Source: Dirinaria sp. TL-2023a (lineage: Eukaryota). From it: a DNA stretch of 60,725 nucleotides. The notes under the pieces are model-generated. The model was given only the letters and a program-made list of their open reading frames with translations. It ran no database searches and had not been told where the DNA came from. The stretch's first letter is position 1. Each line of letters opens with the position of its first letter. Location: assembly GCA_051941275.1 (NCBI GenBank), contig JAVEBF010000008.1, positions 1 to 60,725 of the forward strand, given 5' to 3'. Made by a program: the position numbers and the translations under genes. Shown in pieces: positions 13,742 to 26,571 of the stretch.

Positions 13742-16700
13742 CTAGCGTCGGCGTCTTGGGTTGATGGGATTACCAAAGGGCTGGGTTGGATGCGGTTTGG
13801 TTGTGAACTTCTTCTGCTGTGCCTTTCTTCTGGTCAGTCGTGTTCGATAGCAATTCAAAATTGACTTTGTCAGCTTCTCGTTCCCTGTGATCGTTGCGCT
13901 TCGTGACTCCACATCAAGGGCATCTCGGCCTCCTTCAAGCTTGAGGATCTCCACGCAAAGTCCCACAGCACGCACAAATGTTTTGTTAGCTGCAAAGGTA
14001 TGGGAGTGCAGGTCAAAGTAAGGTACCTGCTCTGCGTTGAAGCCCTGCAATCGGGTCGCTACCTCCGCAATAGCCCCTCCAGGGACCCTTGTCTCAACCC
14101 TTTGTACAGGAAGCTTTGGATACTGGGGAAGTTTCCGCTTTAAACCAAAAAGCTACTTCGAAGGTGTTCAAGGTCTATAAAACGCCTTGTATATTTTTCT
14201 TTAAAGATATACCTGAGGGAAATCCAAGTGATTTAGTGCGCGTGACTGGATTGGCAACTAAGATACTGTAAGGTACATATTGGCATTCAGCGTTCCTGCC
14301 TGTGTTCATGCACATCCTCCTTAGAGTAAAAATTTTTCTGCATGCTCCTTCCTGAGACCTTTCCCATACCCTCCCACTTGGTTCGCTCCTAAGCAATGGA
14401 AAGTCTAAGTATCTCTCCTTCTCTGACTCTGGCTTGCAAGTCTTCGATAACTCGAATGCTCTTAGTTCTACCAGCATGTGAAAGTACCGCAATTAATACG
14501 AGTTCAGCTTTACAATAGACAGCAAGGAACTCGTGTGCTTATGTTTCTGTCAACACCACCATTCCATTGCCGTCAGCTGGATAATATGCCGCCTATTTTA
14601 CTCCGCTTACCAATTGCGTGAAACCTTTACCTACTTTATCGCACATATCTAGTATACTACCCTTCGGATTACCTTTTTCTGGAAAGTATTTGTCACGAAG
14701 GAGGATAATGTACCACACGAACATTTTTCAGACGGGTGCTTTTGCAGCTGGATACAAGCTACATGTAGGTTGGACACTCCAAGTGCTACTTTACTACCTT
14801 TGAAATCATGATTCAACAATTAAAGGCATGTCACCCACGACATGCTTCGAAACCAAGAACCGACTGCAGAGCTCGGTATTTCGCTTTGATGCATCCCATC
14901 CATCGCTTCGCATTATCTTTTGACAATTCTTTTCCTGTCCGCTTGTCAGGGTCATGCTGACACGCCACTGCATTCGTCTTTGACTCGTTCCCATGAGAAT
15001 TTAGGATCAGACTGGCCATCATACCCGCTATCCATCAGTCCATACAATGTCCACGCTAACAATTTCGATGGGACACAAGGAATGATGGCCGGAATCAAGC
15101 ATGAAGGAGCTATAATTGGGCGCGTGGCTCCAGAGTGCGATTGCACCTTGGTCTAGGCTGATTCCTCTGTTTCCAGTATACAGGATGGCAGAAGGGCGTC
15201 CCTCGCTGACGACAGCCTCTATTCGGTCTTCCATCTCCGCATTAAACAAATGTGGTTAGAGCGGCAATGAGACTTGCAACAGTGACGTACCTTAGGCAGA
15301 GTACATGTAAGCTGCCACAAGACAAGATGGTGTGTGCTGGTGGGAACGAGCAATATCTACCCTCATTCAAATGCTTGAGAACCTACTGGAGCCATAGTGG
15401 AGTGAGACCTTTGATTGTCAAAGGATCTATCGAAGTAGAGAGGTGAACTAGGTATAGCCTCTCCCGCATGACGACTGTGGTCATCGATAGATGTTCAACG
15501 ACAGACATGGCTTATTATCCATGAGATCAGCCGCCAAAGCTGTTTGCAGCTAAGGAAAAGCGCGTAAACTCGCAGTCAATGGTGGAAAAATCAAGGGTCC
15601 GCTGCTGATGAGATTTGGTTGCTTGGAGGCAAAAGCCACACACCTTTTCTCCAACGTATGAAGGATGGACATACGGATAGCGTAGATAAATCAGCCGTGA
15701 ATCAGAGGATGCTTGCCTTTGTAGAAACCTGGCCGAGGCAGGGGCTTAAGAGTATTATGTTGCCGCCTGGCGCACATGGTCCGACGCTTGTAGTTTTTAG
15801 AGCGAGGTCTCAGCCTCCTAAACAGGCGGCAATACCCCCAAAGTGCCGGAAAGTGACCATGTAAGGGCTTTGCAATGGAGCACAACGAAACAGTCTTGAG
15901 CATTATGATCACGCTGTTAAAGTGTTCATCTGCTGCGGACAGGGGGGAGGAAAACACAAAGTTGACCGGTGGGAACATAGACACATGACGACTATCGGCA
16001 CTGTTCAGGGCGCTGGATTCTCCAATAGATCTTGTTATAGCTATGTTGGCACACCATGGTTGAGGTAGGCGGATGTGAAGAGACTACTATTTAGGAGTGC
16101 AGGTAGAGGTAAGATTTTACAATGCCCGTTCGTATAGCTGAAAGCAAGCTAACCGGAGAGATCAGGAAAAGGAAGAGAAGGACAAAATGATATCGAAGAT
16201 GCGGTTCACTTGGCTGGTACATGGACTCCAAATGCCGTCCAACACACGGGGACAACAGAAAATTTAGTGGCCATCAGCAGGCGCTATGATCGGACTCTTG
16301 GATCATCCAGAACTGCTCCAGACGCATCTTTTAGGTATTTAAAGCGAGACAATAATGTTTCAGGAGCAAGTAAAACAGACCCCTACCTACCTACCTTACC
16401 GTGATATCGGTGTCGGTGAGATCCCTTTCTGGCCTTAGCGTATCCGTCTACGTCAGTCAGTAATCGCCCTTGACCTCCCTGGTACTACGGTACGCTATAA
16501 TTGACGTCTGACCACCATTTCAGAGTAGTAAGCTAGTGAAGGGCATAGGTAGCAAGACAGCAATTAATAAGCACTTCCTTTACCGGGATGAATGCCTACC
16601 AAGCCAGCCAATATTAATCCGGTGGTGGGCCGAAGGTAACGTAAAGATATACATATAAGCAGCTTGGTTCCGACAAGGGCAAAGGGTAGATGAGATAAGG

Positions 16701-17157
16701 GATCCAGTACTCCGTAAGCCTTAAATTGCTGGGTGAATACCGGAGGAAACGACAGGATCTATCCTATTGGTTTTAAGATCGAGGTCAAGCGGAAGTCCCA
16801 AGGTTGAGAGCTCGAAATTTCCACTAGTAGGCTGTAGGCATTAATATTTCTACCTTGGATCATGGATGCGAACACACACGGACCCGGACTCGGGCAGGAT
16901 GATGAGGGTATCGGATAATTTATTTGCCAAACAAATGCCAAGAATGCCGGTCATGGAGCGAAGCGGGGGAGAAGGCGCTTCGCCTGCTTAGGCTGCTTTA
17001 CTTTTAAGCGAGTGGCGTCCGGGATTCTGTCGAGCCTGTCCGTGAACAGACAAGTATCCAGTTCGAGTTTCTATTATTATTATTTTACCTTATTACGGTC
17101 GGTGTGGAAGTGGAAGGTGGTCGGTCACTGGACTCACTAGTCCCTTGGTCGTGTGTA

Positions 17158-17184
17158 GATGATGATGATGATGATGACGATGAT
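17158..17184. repeat. (GAT)n microsatellite, 9 units with one GAC
   Basis: Direct reading. Confidence 0.9.
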
Positions 17185-18815
17185 CCCCCTTACAGAAGCC
17201 CGAAGGATTCCAGTACAGTAGTAAGGTACTTACCTTTACTTCTCGTTCCCCAAATTTTTGGCTGCTGGCTGCCCAGTGCCATGGCTCTTGATTGGTTGAG
17301 ATGAGATGATGTTATGCAGCAGAGACGGTTACACGGCCTTGAGTTGACGAGCTGATGGTCTTGGCTCCAATGACATCGCTCGGTTCATGGGGGAATAGTT
17401 GGTGTCACGGACCTGTTTCATCTTGAAATGCAGCATTAATAATAATAAGGGAACGGAATATTATCCACACGCGGTATTCCCTGTGTCTCGTATAATAACG
17501 ACATCAGTGTAAATGAAGTGAATCACACTCTGTCTTAACCCAACAAGAACAATGGAACATATACGTACAGTAGCCCCAAAACGTCTGTAGAGCGACATGC
17601 TTGTGTTTGAAGAGGTAACCTGTACCTACCTAACCTTGCCTCCCCTGTGGCTTTAACCATGCAAGCCCCATGTCCCCAAATGAGCTGAGTATGTGGCCTC
17701 CCAGAGTTCCAGCATTGTTATGATGATCGAGTCAGGCACAATCCGAATCATCCACGTAATCTGAACCACCGACCTAGAGGTAATATTATTACTCCGCCTC
17801 GACATTGTCTCCAACAATAATACAGGGTTAACAGAGGATCATTGTTCAAAGCCCTTACAGTAGTACATTACCTTACTCCCTACATGTAATATTATTAATA
17901 TTCTGATTATTATGATTGGATGGGCCACAGGGCAAAAACTGAAACGAGAGCATCGACCACTTCGGCCCAGACCATCCCACATCCCCCTGCACCAGCAGCG
18001 CAGCAAGCACTAGCCCAGGTCCGAGTCTGGTATCCTCCACTTGTCCCTCGCCCAAGAGCCCCTCGACTCCTCGAGCCTACCAGACTCCAGAGCTCTGCAG
18101 AACTACAGCACCCGATCCTTGGCGCACAACTTCCCAAAGGAACCCCAGTAGGTCCAGTACTCCAGTACCCCAATGGTCGTTTGACGAACACTCCTTCATG
18201 CAGAGCTTACTTTCACCTCGTCCACACAATCTTCGTCCTTGAATCTCGCCCCATCTGGCGAGCACGCAAGGCATCCCGTGCAACTTAACCTGACACTCCA
18301 CCTCGACTGCCACAGGTGCGGAGGTATAGTACGTACCCTTACCTTGCCTTACCTGCTCTTTGTACTTGTACGCCCAGCACCGCGGACTGCAACCGTCGTT
18401 GCTGATCGACTCGATAGCCTTCCCAAGGGGCAAACGTCCTCTGCCCACCACCCACTGACCACCACTGACCCATTCTGACTCTCCTAGGCTGTCCATTCAC
18501 TTCCCCCCGCTTAAGTCGCTCGCGGCTGTCCCTGCTCCAATCCATCGGCACGCGGTAATCGTTGCGCATACAGCCATACACCCCTCCCTTGCCCTAAACG
18601 TGTCCCGCTGGATTCAGGCACTTCATACCAAGTCCCGACGGCCTGCCGTCGACCGCCGCATTATTGTTATTATTGTCGTCCGTGAGCTGTTCTGGTCTTA
18701 GCTCAGCCACAGCTCGCTAGGAGCAGAGGCGTGATACGATACACTCGCCCACTGCTCCTCTGTCTCCGACATTATTGATGCCACCCGAGCATCGTCGACC
18801 ATTTCCACGCCCATC

Positions 18816-21800
18816 ATGATGGAGTCGCCGGCCGGCTACCCAGACTCTCCCATGGAGCAGGATGATGCTGCTTATCCATGCAAAGGTTGCGGCGAGGTAC
18901 GGCATAAGCCTCCCCCGTGTCTTTCAGCTAACGGTGCCCCCCATGCCGTGTTCAGCCCCCAATGCTAACGATCGACGGTTTACGTAGATACTCGAGGAGG
19001 GAAAGGCCTTCGAACTTGGTATTTTCTTCACACAATGGTCGCTTTGCGATGTCGATACACTAAGACTTTGGCAGCTGGCAATCGATGGCACATAGACTGC
19101 TTCCGCTGCAATACGTGCGGCACCCTCCTCGACTCTGATGCAAACCTGCTCCTCCTCGGCGACGGGTCGCTCATATGTAATAATTGTACATACAGTTGCA
19201 GCGCATGCGGGAACAAGATCGAGGATCTCGCAATCTTGACGGGAGATCAGGCCTTCTGTGCGACATGCTTCAAATGCCGGAATTGCAAAAAGAAGATCGA
19301 AAACCTCAAGTATGCACGGACATCGCAAGGTATCTTTTGCATGGACTGCCATGAGTCCTTGATGCAGAGGAGGAGGAAAAAGTCTGCCAAGAACAGCGAG
19401 CGCCGCCACAAGCACCACCATCAGCAGCCGCTGCTCCAGGCTCAGAACAGCACCATGCTCTTGGACAAGTCTTTGCCTTCTTTACCGCCTAATGCTGTGG
19501 CTCAGCCCTTCACCCCCGACAGTATCGAAAACACGCTCGATGGTTACTCTGATACCCCAACTGAGATACCTCGCATGTCATCGAAACGGCCGGGTACGTC
19601 GAGATCGAGCTCATACTCAGGTACACCGACGGAGCCACCGTTACGACTGACCAGTAAGAGACCTCCCAATCCGAGATCGGAGTCGTCCAGGGAAGTACAG
19701 CGGGAAAGGTCACCCGCGGCTCCGTCAGATAATCGGAAAGGTAATTCCGCCTCAGGAATTGCCAGAGCCAATGCGATGCTAAAGACTGTAGACAATTTAA
19801 CCCTTCCGTCAACAACATACAACCGGCACTCTGGAGTCTCCCAGCGATCCGACGGGTCGGCGAATGGTGAAGATTTCTTCATACCTATGGCCCTGGACCC
19901 TAACCCAGCTCCTGGACCCTCCCCGCTTACGGTGAAGCCCAATGTCGAAATGCCGCCTGAGACTATCAAGCCGCAATCTTCAGAGGCTAACAGTAGTTCC
20001 AGAGATTACTTTAATGCCAAAGGGTCTAAATCGACCGTTCGCAAAGTCTCTCATGATCAACCAAATACTTACGCTTCTCTTCCGCCGGAGTCGCCGCGCG
20101 AGTCTCGCCAATCATCAGGCCCCAGCAGTCCGCATATAGCTTATCAGGAAATCGGAAGGGATCCTTATGAGAACAGCGATTACGTTCGTAAGCGGAGAGA
20201 TAATAGTATATCAGGGGCGATAGGAGAAGCCAAGGCTCGCGAGGCGCAGAATGAGACCCTTTCTAAAGGCACTAGTGAATCTCGAAGTGGGAAATTTACA
20301 CTTGGGGAGGTGCCAAAGAATAGGAAAGCCAGCCATTCTGCCAGGAGCTCAAAGTCGGAGACTATGTCACCCTCCGTGGATACCTCTCTTCCCACCTCGA
20401 AATCGAGGTCGGCACCTACTTCAGCCAACGCATTCGTCAAAGAGCAACAGATGGTGTCACCCCAGACCGATTCGCCTACTTCAAGTCGTCCGGAAGGAGA
20501 GTTTGATGAATCTTCCCAGACAACACAAGATTCTCGAAGCCATGATAACGCTTCACTCGATTCATCGACCTCCCATTCCTCTCCTGTCACAACACAGTTG
20601 CGAACACCACTGCCTCAACGAGGAGATTCTCTGGCTAAGTCGGCCGACGTAAGAGCTCTGAATAAACGAGAGGATAAGGGCAAACCCTCTGCCAAGTTGG
20701 GCAACGACGAGCTGCTTCATGGTAAACCTTCGTCTGCACCTCCCACTACGACGGCCGAATACCCAACAACTGCTCTTTCGAGTGTCAATGGCAACAAAGG
20801 TCCGCCAAAGCAAGCCGACTCCCCCTCTCCGATCGGTAACAGCGAAATCCCACACCCACCACCGCGAGCGCGTGAGCGTGCCTTGCAGTCGGCAGCCAAC
20901 AATGACGCATTCAGCACGCCAAGAGCTCCTCCTCAAGCGCCAACGGGGTATCATAAAGCACGGAATGAGTCTGTCAGCACGATCAAATCAGAATCTCCTC
21001 GCAATGGCGAGCACCCTGCTTCGCCCAAGCTACCTCTTCGTAGCGGAGGCGGTAGCTTCTCAGTCGAAGATGATGTGGCCCGGATCCTGAGCAATGATTC
21101 GCAGCAGGATCATTCTTCGTTCCTGCGTCGTGTCTCGAACTCAGTTCGCCACGCGAGGAGCTACAGTGACAGAGGCATCCGTTCGTCCAAAGAGCAGAGA
21201 TGGCCCAAATCTCCTTTAGCTGGTGAATTTGCTCAGGAGATGAGCAGCCCCACGTCCTCTTCTCCAGAAACAAGGGATGAGCTGACTTGGTATAAAGCCG
21301 AGCTGCAGCGTGAGCGTCAACGGACTGTAGAGAAGGAACAGAAACTGCAAGAGCTCGAAGCCACATTGGAAACGAAGATCAACATCCGGCAGATGACCAC
21401 AGAGCTGAGAGAGAAGAGATCGACGATGGTAGTCCTCGACACTCAAAAGGAAATTGTTGTCCGAGAACTTGAAGTCCTGACCGAGCATATAGCAGCTGCG
21501 AAGAAAAGTGGTGAGCCGTTGGATGTTGGAAAGATGACCAACGTGGTGGTCCGGGAATTTGCAGAATCTTTGCAGCAGTTGAAGGATTCATTTGCCCCAC
21601 AGATCGAGGATCTAACTCAAAAGCGGAACGAGCTCTTAGAAGAAGTTTCTAATCTGGCAGCGCTCAAAGACAAGGGCTTCTCGGAGTTCGAGCAGCTATC
21701 GTTGAAGAATACCCAGCTAGCTGACCTAAACAATCAACTAGTCCACCAGATCCAGGAGCTGTATAAAGCCAACGCCGGCCCTCCCCTGGAAACAATACGT

Positions 21801-23028
21801 CCACCACCCAATGGCCTCGGCATTTATACTCATCATCAGAAGGACCGGTCAACTGCGTCCATTGACAATCAGCAGCAGCGCCCTTCCGTTGCTGACAGTA
21901 GCGTATCAGGTTCGACAGCTGTACTTGAGCCGGAACAGCAAGGCGATGCAACGTACTTATCGGCGCCGCAAGTTGTAAACATTAAGAGAGCTCAGCCCAA
22001 GAAATTCAACTGGAAGAGAGGGGGCCAGAACGTCGCAAAAGGTGTTACGAAAGGCCTCAAGGGTGCCTTCAAGTCAGATGAAGCCAAGCTGCGCGATGGC
22101 CACTTCGAAGGGGGCTTGCCGTATGGATCTATACCTCCTAACCAGGAATACTCACTCGGAAGTGTGCCCAAGTCGCAAATTCATGACCCAGCTCGTCAAG
22201 GCTTTGGATTTTTCGGCACTCAGAAGAAGCCTGCCCAGCAACAGCAGCAACAGCAGCAGCAATGGAAGAGCCAGCAGGTGAACGGTGGTGCACCTCCTCC
22301 TTCTGACGGTGCACAATGTAATGACCAACCCCCTTATCGTATGGTTCTAATGCTGACGGTGTCTAGCTCTCTTCGGTACTGAGCTTGAACAACGCGCTGA
22401 GTACGAGCGTGTGGGGATCCCCGGCATCGTGCAGCGCTGTATCCAAGAAGTCGAGCTCAGAGGTATGCTCTAACCTCTAACGACGTTGACTTTGACATCT
22501 CTTGTCGATACTGACCATGCTCCAGGTATGGACGTCGAAGGCATCTACCGCAAGTCTGGTGGGAACTCCCAAATCCAGGCTGTCAAGGAGGGCTTCGAAC
22601 GCACCAACGACTTCGACATCTCCGACCCTGATCTCGATATCAATGCGGTCACATCCACTCTGAAGCAATACTTCCGCCGTCTGCCGACCCCTCTGATCAC
22701 TTTTCCTGTGTATGACATGCTGCTCTCTTCAATCTCCCCCCCTCAACGCCCTACCAGTGAAACTGTGTCCTTGATGCGCAATGCCATCCTGGGGTTACCG
22801 CCTAGACACAGAGACACGCTCGAGTTCTTGGTGTTCCATCTAGCAAGAGTGGTAGAGCGTGAAAAATCCAACTTGATGACAAGTCTTAATGTTGCAGTTG
22901 TATTCGCGCCAACAGTCATGCGTCCGGAAAGCCTGACAAGGGAGATGCAAGAAAGCCAAGAAAAGAACCGGGCAGTGCAGTTCTTGATTGACCACTGTCA
23001 GGGAGTTTTCTTGGGGGAGAGTTCGTAA
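18816..23028 (+). CDS. RGA1: LIM-domain Rho GTPase-activating protein (Rga1/Rga2-like), about 6 exons
   Basis: Two N-terminal LIM domains (CKGC...WHIDCFRCNTC; CSAC...CATCFKCRNC...CMDCH), a central coiled coil, and a C-terminal RhoGAP domain (GMDVEGIYRKSG, LKQYFRRLPTPL, NLMTSLNVAVVFAPT). Confidence 0.93.
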
Positions 23029-23386
23029 TGCGTGATGATCTTAAAGAATTATGGGAGTAAAGCGACATCCGTGATTGAAGAGGAAGAAGGAAGAGACAAC
23101 AACTTCAAACAGGACGAATATAAAGAAGAGAAAGCAAATTCTAAAGATGAGGAAGATTTCACCGCGATATCTGGTGGCTGCGTCTTGTACGCCATTCAGA
23201 AACGTCGTTCAGCCATCAATTTCCGAATTGCCATGCCAATCACGATGCGCATTATCCAATTAATCTTCAGCTGCGCTGAGCTGCGTCGTCGTCTATAGCA
23301 GCATTGTCAGCTTTTTATCTATTTCTTGTTTTTACAGCGAGCATTTGAGCGAGTCAATTCGAGATACCTTCTCCCTTGGGGGGCTT

Positions 23387-23427
23387 ATTTTTTTTTTTTT
23401 TGTTTTTGTTTTTTTTTTTGTTTGTTT
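23387..23427. repeat. Poly-T/TTTTTG tract in convergent 3' region
   Basis: Direct reading. Confidence 0.85.
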
Positions 23428-23827
23428 GGCTGCGGAAGCTTCAGCCCATACGTATGGCGTTCGGTCTGATCGGTCATCGAAGGAGGTACTATTTGAGGCT
23501 GCAGATCGAAAGCGGTGCTCCTTACTTCATCCTGTACATATTTTTTGTGTGGCAGGCAAAGTTCATTTGCCTGCCAGTTTTGCCAGGCACTGGATCTTTG
23601 TCCATAGGAGAGGTAACTTGGGATTGGTTCTGTGATACAGAAAGAGATAGCGATCATGAACTCGGAAACTTTGAGTTGTTCGAGAAAAGAGAGAACAAAA
23701 CAGATGAAACATCAATGGTACAAAACTTGTCGTACTCATGGGGTGATTGCTGAACCAGGGTGGATGTGAAATATTTTTACAGCCCGATCATAATCCGGCT
23801 TCCGGCTACGTAGTATTGAGGTGCAGA

Positions 23828-25120
23828 TTAGAAGGTATCCGCATCTAATGCATCCGTCCTTCTCACCACACTAGGACTATCCTCATCCAGATCATCCGTC
23901 ACACTACCGCCCGCGGTAAGCAACAAATCCTCGACGATCCGTTTCGAGGCCTCCTTAGCTTCAAACGCACAAACAAGTCAGCTAAACAGGAATCCCAACT
24001 CCTCTTCTAACATGGCAAGCATAGAACGAGGAGAAGAGAATCAAAACTCACCAGGTGTCCTCAACAATCGTTCCCGCGGGATATGAAACTGCATCGTCTT
24101 GGGCGGACTGATTCCCTCTCCCAAACCGCCCTCATCCTCGCTATCGCTATCCCACACATCCCTCTCCTTCCCTCTCGTCGCTGCAGCATCCGTTTTCCCC
24201 CGGGCGGGCGTCAGCACACTCACACCCGGTACTCTCGGCCGCCGCCGCACGGGGCTGTCGAAGATCTCGGCGTTCAGGTCCGGCGCTTCTACGAATGGAC
24301 TACTATCCATCTCTTCATCATTAGTATCATGGGCCGCACCAGATCTTGCCGGCGTCTCGCCTTTGCTTGCGGTGCCAGGTTTGGGCAATCGAGGCTGCGT
24401 GCGAGGCGTGGCTTGCAGGCGGTAATTCCGATCTAGGACCCGGTGGAGAAGGACATCGTTCGCGGGCGTCCGCGCGGCTCTCTGCGCCGTCGATGGCGGT
24501 GGGGCTGCGAGTGGTGATGAGGTTTCCCCGTGAGAAGGGAAGGCGGTCTGAGCACGCGGGGTAGAAGGCAGAGTGGATGTTGAGGAGGGATCTTCTCCGG
24601 TGGCGAGGGTACGTTTCAGCGATTCGTAGGGCGAGGTGAAAGTTGGCTGTTTGGGTGCCCTGTTCGCTTTGGGTTTCGGTGTCGAGAGCGTGCTGTCTTC
24701 CTCTGTGTGAGTAGTAATCGGTCGCTCGGGGGTGGTTGACTCCTCGTTCTGAGATGGCGAAGCATAGGACGAACTCGAAGGCGTCATGCCGCTGGTGGTT
24801 TCGGTCTCCGTCGTCGTTTGCTCGCCTTCTTCGTCCTCCGCCCCGGTCTCGTCCCCGGGTTGCTCTTCGTACGAGGAGAGGGATACATTGGCGCTGGCTT
24901 CGAAGAATTGTTTCCAGAACTTAGACCCTTCCCACACCGCGGCTGAGTGAGTGGCGTATTCCTCGACGACGGGCAGGATCGAGGATGTGACGATGCGGTG
25001 CGCGCGAGAGAAGTTGTGGTCGATTTCCTGCAGGGTCAGAGTTATGGATTGTTCGAGTTTTTCAAGCTCTTCGGTCAGGGTCAGGTTGCGCTGCGAGGGT
25101 GCGATACTCTGGCGAGACAT
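23828..25120 (-). CDS. ASK1: DASH/Dam1 complex subunit Ask1, 2 exons
   Basis: LEKLEQSITLTLQEIDHNFSRAHRIVTSSILP...SKFWKQFFEASANV. The C-terminal SPPKTMQF...LLRTP splices to AKEASKRIVEDLL. Confidence 0.95.
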
Positions 25121-25223
25121 TTTTGGGAAACGATTGGGGGTATTAATCTGATTGAATGCTGTCCCTGTGGGCGGTTGGATTGAGATAGTCCAGTATCATC
25201 GCATCTCAAGGATCTTCCGCATG

Positions 25224-25284
25224 TCGCGTCTGCACGGCTTCACTACTTGACGCGGCCAGGCTTGGCGTGTGCGGCTAGTCGCGT
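25224..25284. promoter_or_regulatory. Cluster of three MCB-like (ACGCG core) sites upstream of ASK1
   Basis: TCGCGT at 25224 and 25279, and ACGCGG at 25250. MCB cores are established G1/S elements in ascomycetes; function here is inferred. Confidence 0.4.
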
Positions 25285-26571
25285 GCGCTAAGGTACTCAT
25301 ACTTTAGGGTTGGCGTTTCCGCGCTCCTTGCCAATTGCTTCCCTTCTGTACGAGGATATTGATCGAGGAACCCGACACCTTCGTGCCTCGTTTAACATAT
25401 TGTAATACTGATTTACGAGTTATGGTGAACTGACTCAAATCCATCCAAAGTTCAAGAGGCTCTCTGAACTTTGGTTGCTACTCTCGTGGAATGCGAGTAT
25501 GTACAACTGCGGGAGATAATGAGATTAATATGCTCGAATCAAGTTGGTGGTGGAAACTTTTTGGTAGCTTTTAGTCCTATGCGTCTAGTTCCTCCAAGTA
25601 TCACTCTTCATTTATATCCAAATCCAACAGCCTCATAATACTCCTGAACAAAGCTCTTTCTGCTCTAGATTCACGTTCATCTACTATGAAGCTCATCCTC
25701 CCACCATTTGCAAGATAACTCTTGGCAGCGTCGAAAGTAGACGTGCAATGTAAGCCACTGCGGAATGAAACTACGGGCTGTCCTCTGCATAGTTTTTGCA
25801 CGTGATTATTGTGGTTCCTGCGGACGACGACTGGTTGAAGGATGATGTAATAAATGTCTAACTACCATTTCAACGACTTCCGTTCATTTTTAGCTCGGCA
25901 GTTCTCACTGATATGGCACGTGCAGTGGTTGCAGCTACGTATCAAATAAAATGTTGCGAGGTTGACCCTGACGGAATGGCACATTTTCATGGAGCGCCGG
26001 AGCTGGAGCTTGACATAACTGTGTTACCACACATGAAGAGCACGATTTGCAGTGTAGGGACCGTCTGAGAGTTCGAAGATATAAAACATTCAGGTGCATT
26101 TTCCGGCTCAACAGTTTTCGTACGATTGATTGACCGAGTGCCCGAGTGTTGGGATTTTTAGCGTTCGTGTAGAGATACGTTGCTTACCTACTTGTCCCCA
26201 ATTTCCTAATCTCCATCATATCTAGCTTGCTCATTTGTCCGAGTAGTTGGTTAACAATGACTTGAGGGATCTAGCAGAATACATGTATTCACAGCGGTGA
26301 TTCTTGTCCGGCTTTCATCCGAGGTTGGTTGAGGTCTTGGCGTGCTTATCTTAGCGGGATGCAACTTTATCCGTCCCGTAGCCCCTCGCCCTCGGCCTGT
26401 GTTGCAGGTTTCGGGTTCTAAGTGACGATTGCCGCCTCATCGCTTCTTCCAAGTCCACAGCCTAAAGTACCTTCTCTCCTTCAAGCCTCTCAGATCGTTT
26501 CAAAGACCGCTTTTGCTCTATGACCGAGCTCGATCTCATATTCCTGTAGCAGCCGATCTATCACAAAGAAC

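Noticed and set aside
17873..18581. Overlapping 60-139 aa ORFs upstream of the RhoGAP
   Set aside because: C-rich promoter/leader sequence produces open frames on both strands, with no protein-like features.
25842..25911. Possible box C/D snoRNA (ATGATGT...CTGA)
   Set aside because: The C box is imperfect, there is no terminal stem, and I recognise no rRNA-complementary guide.
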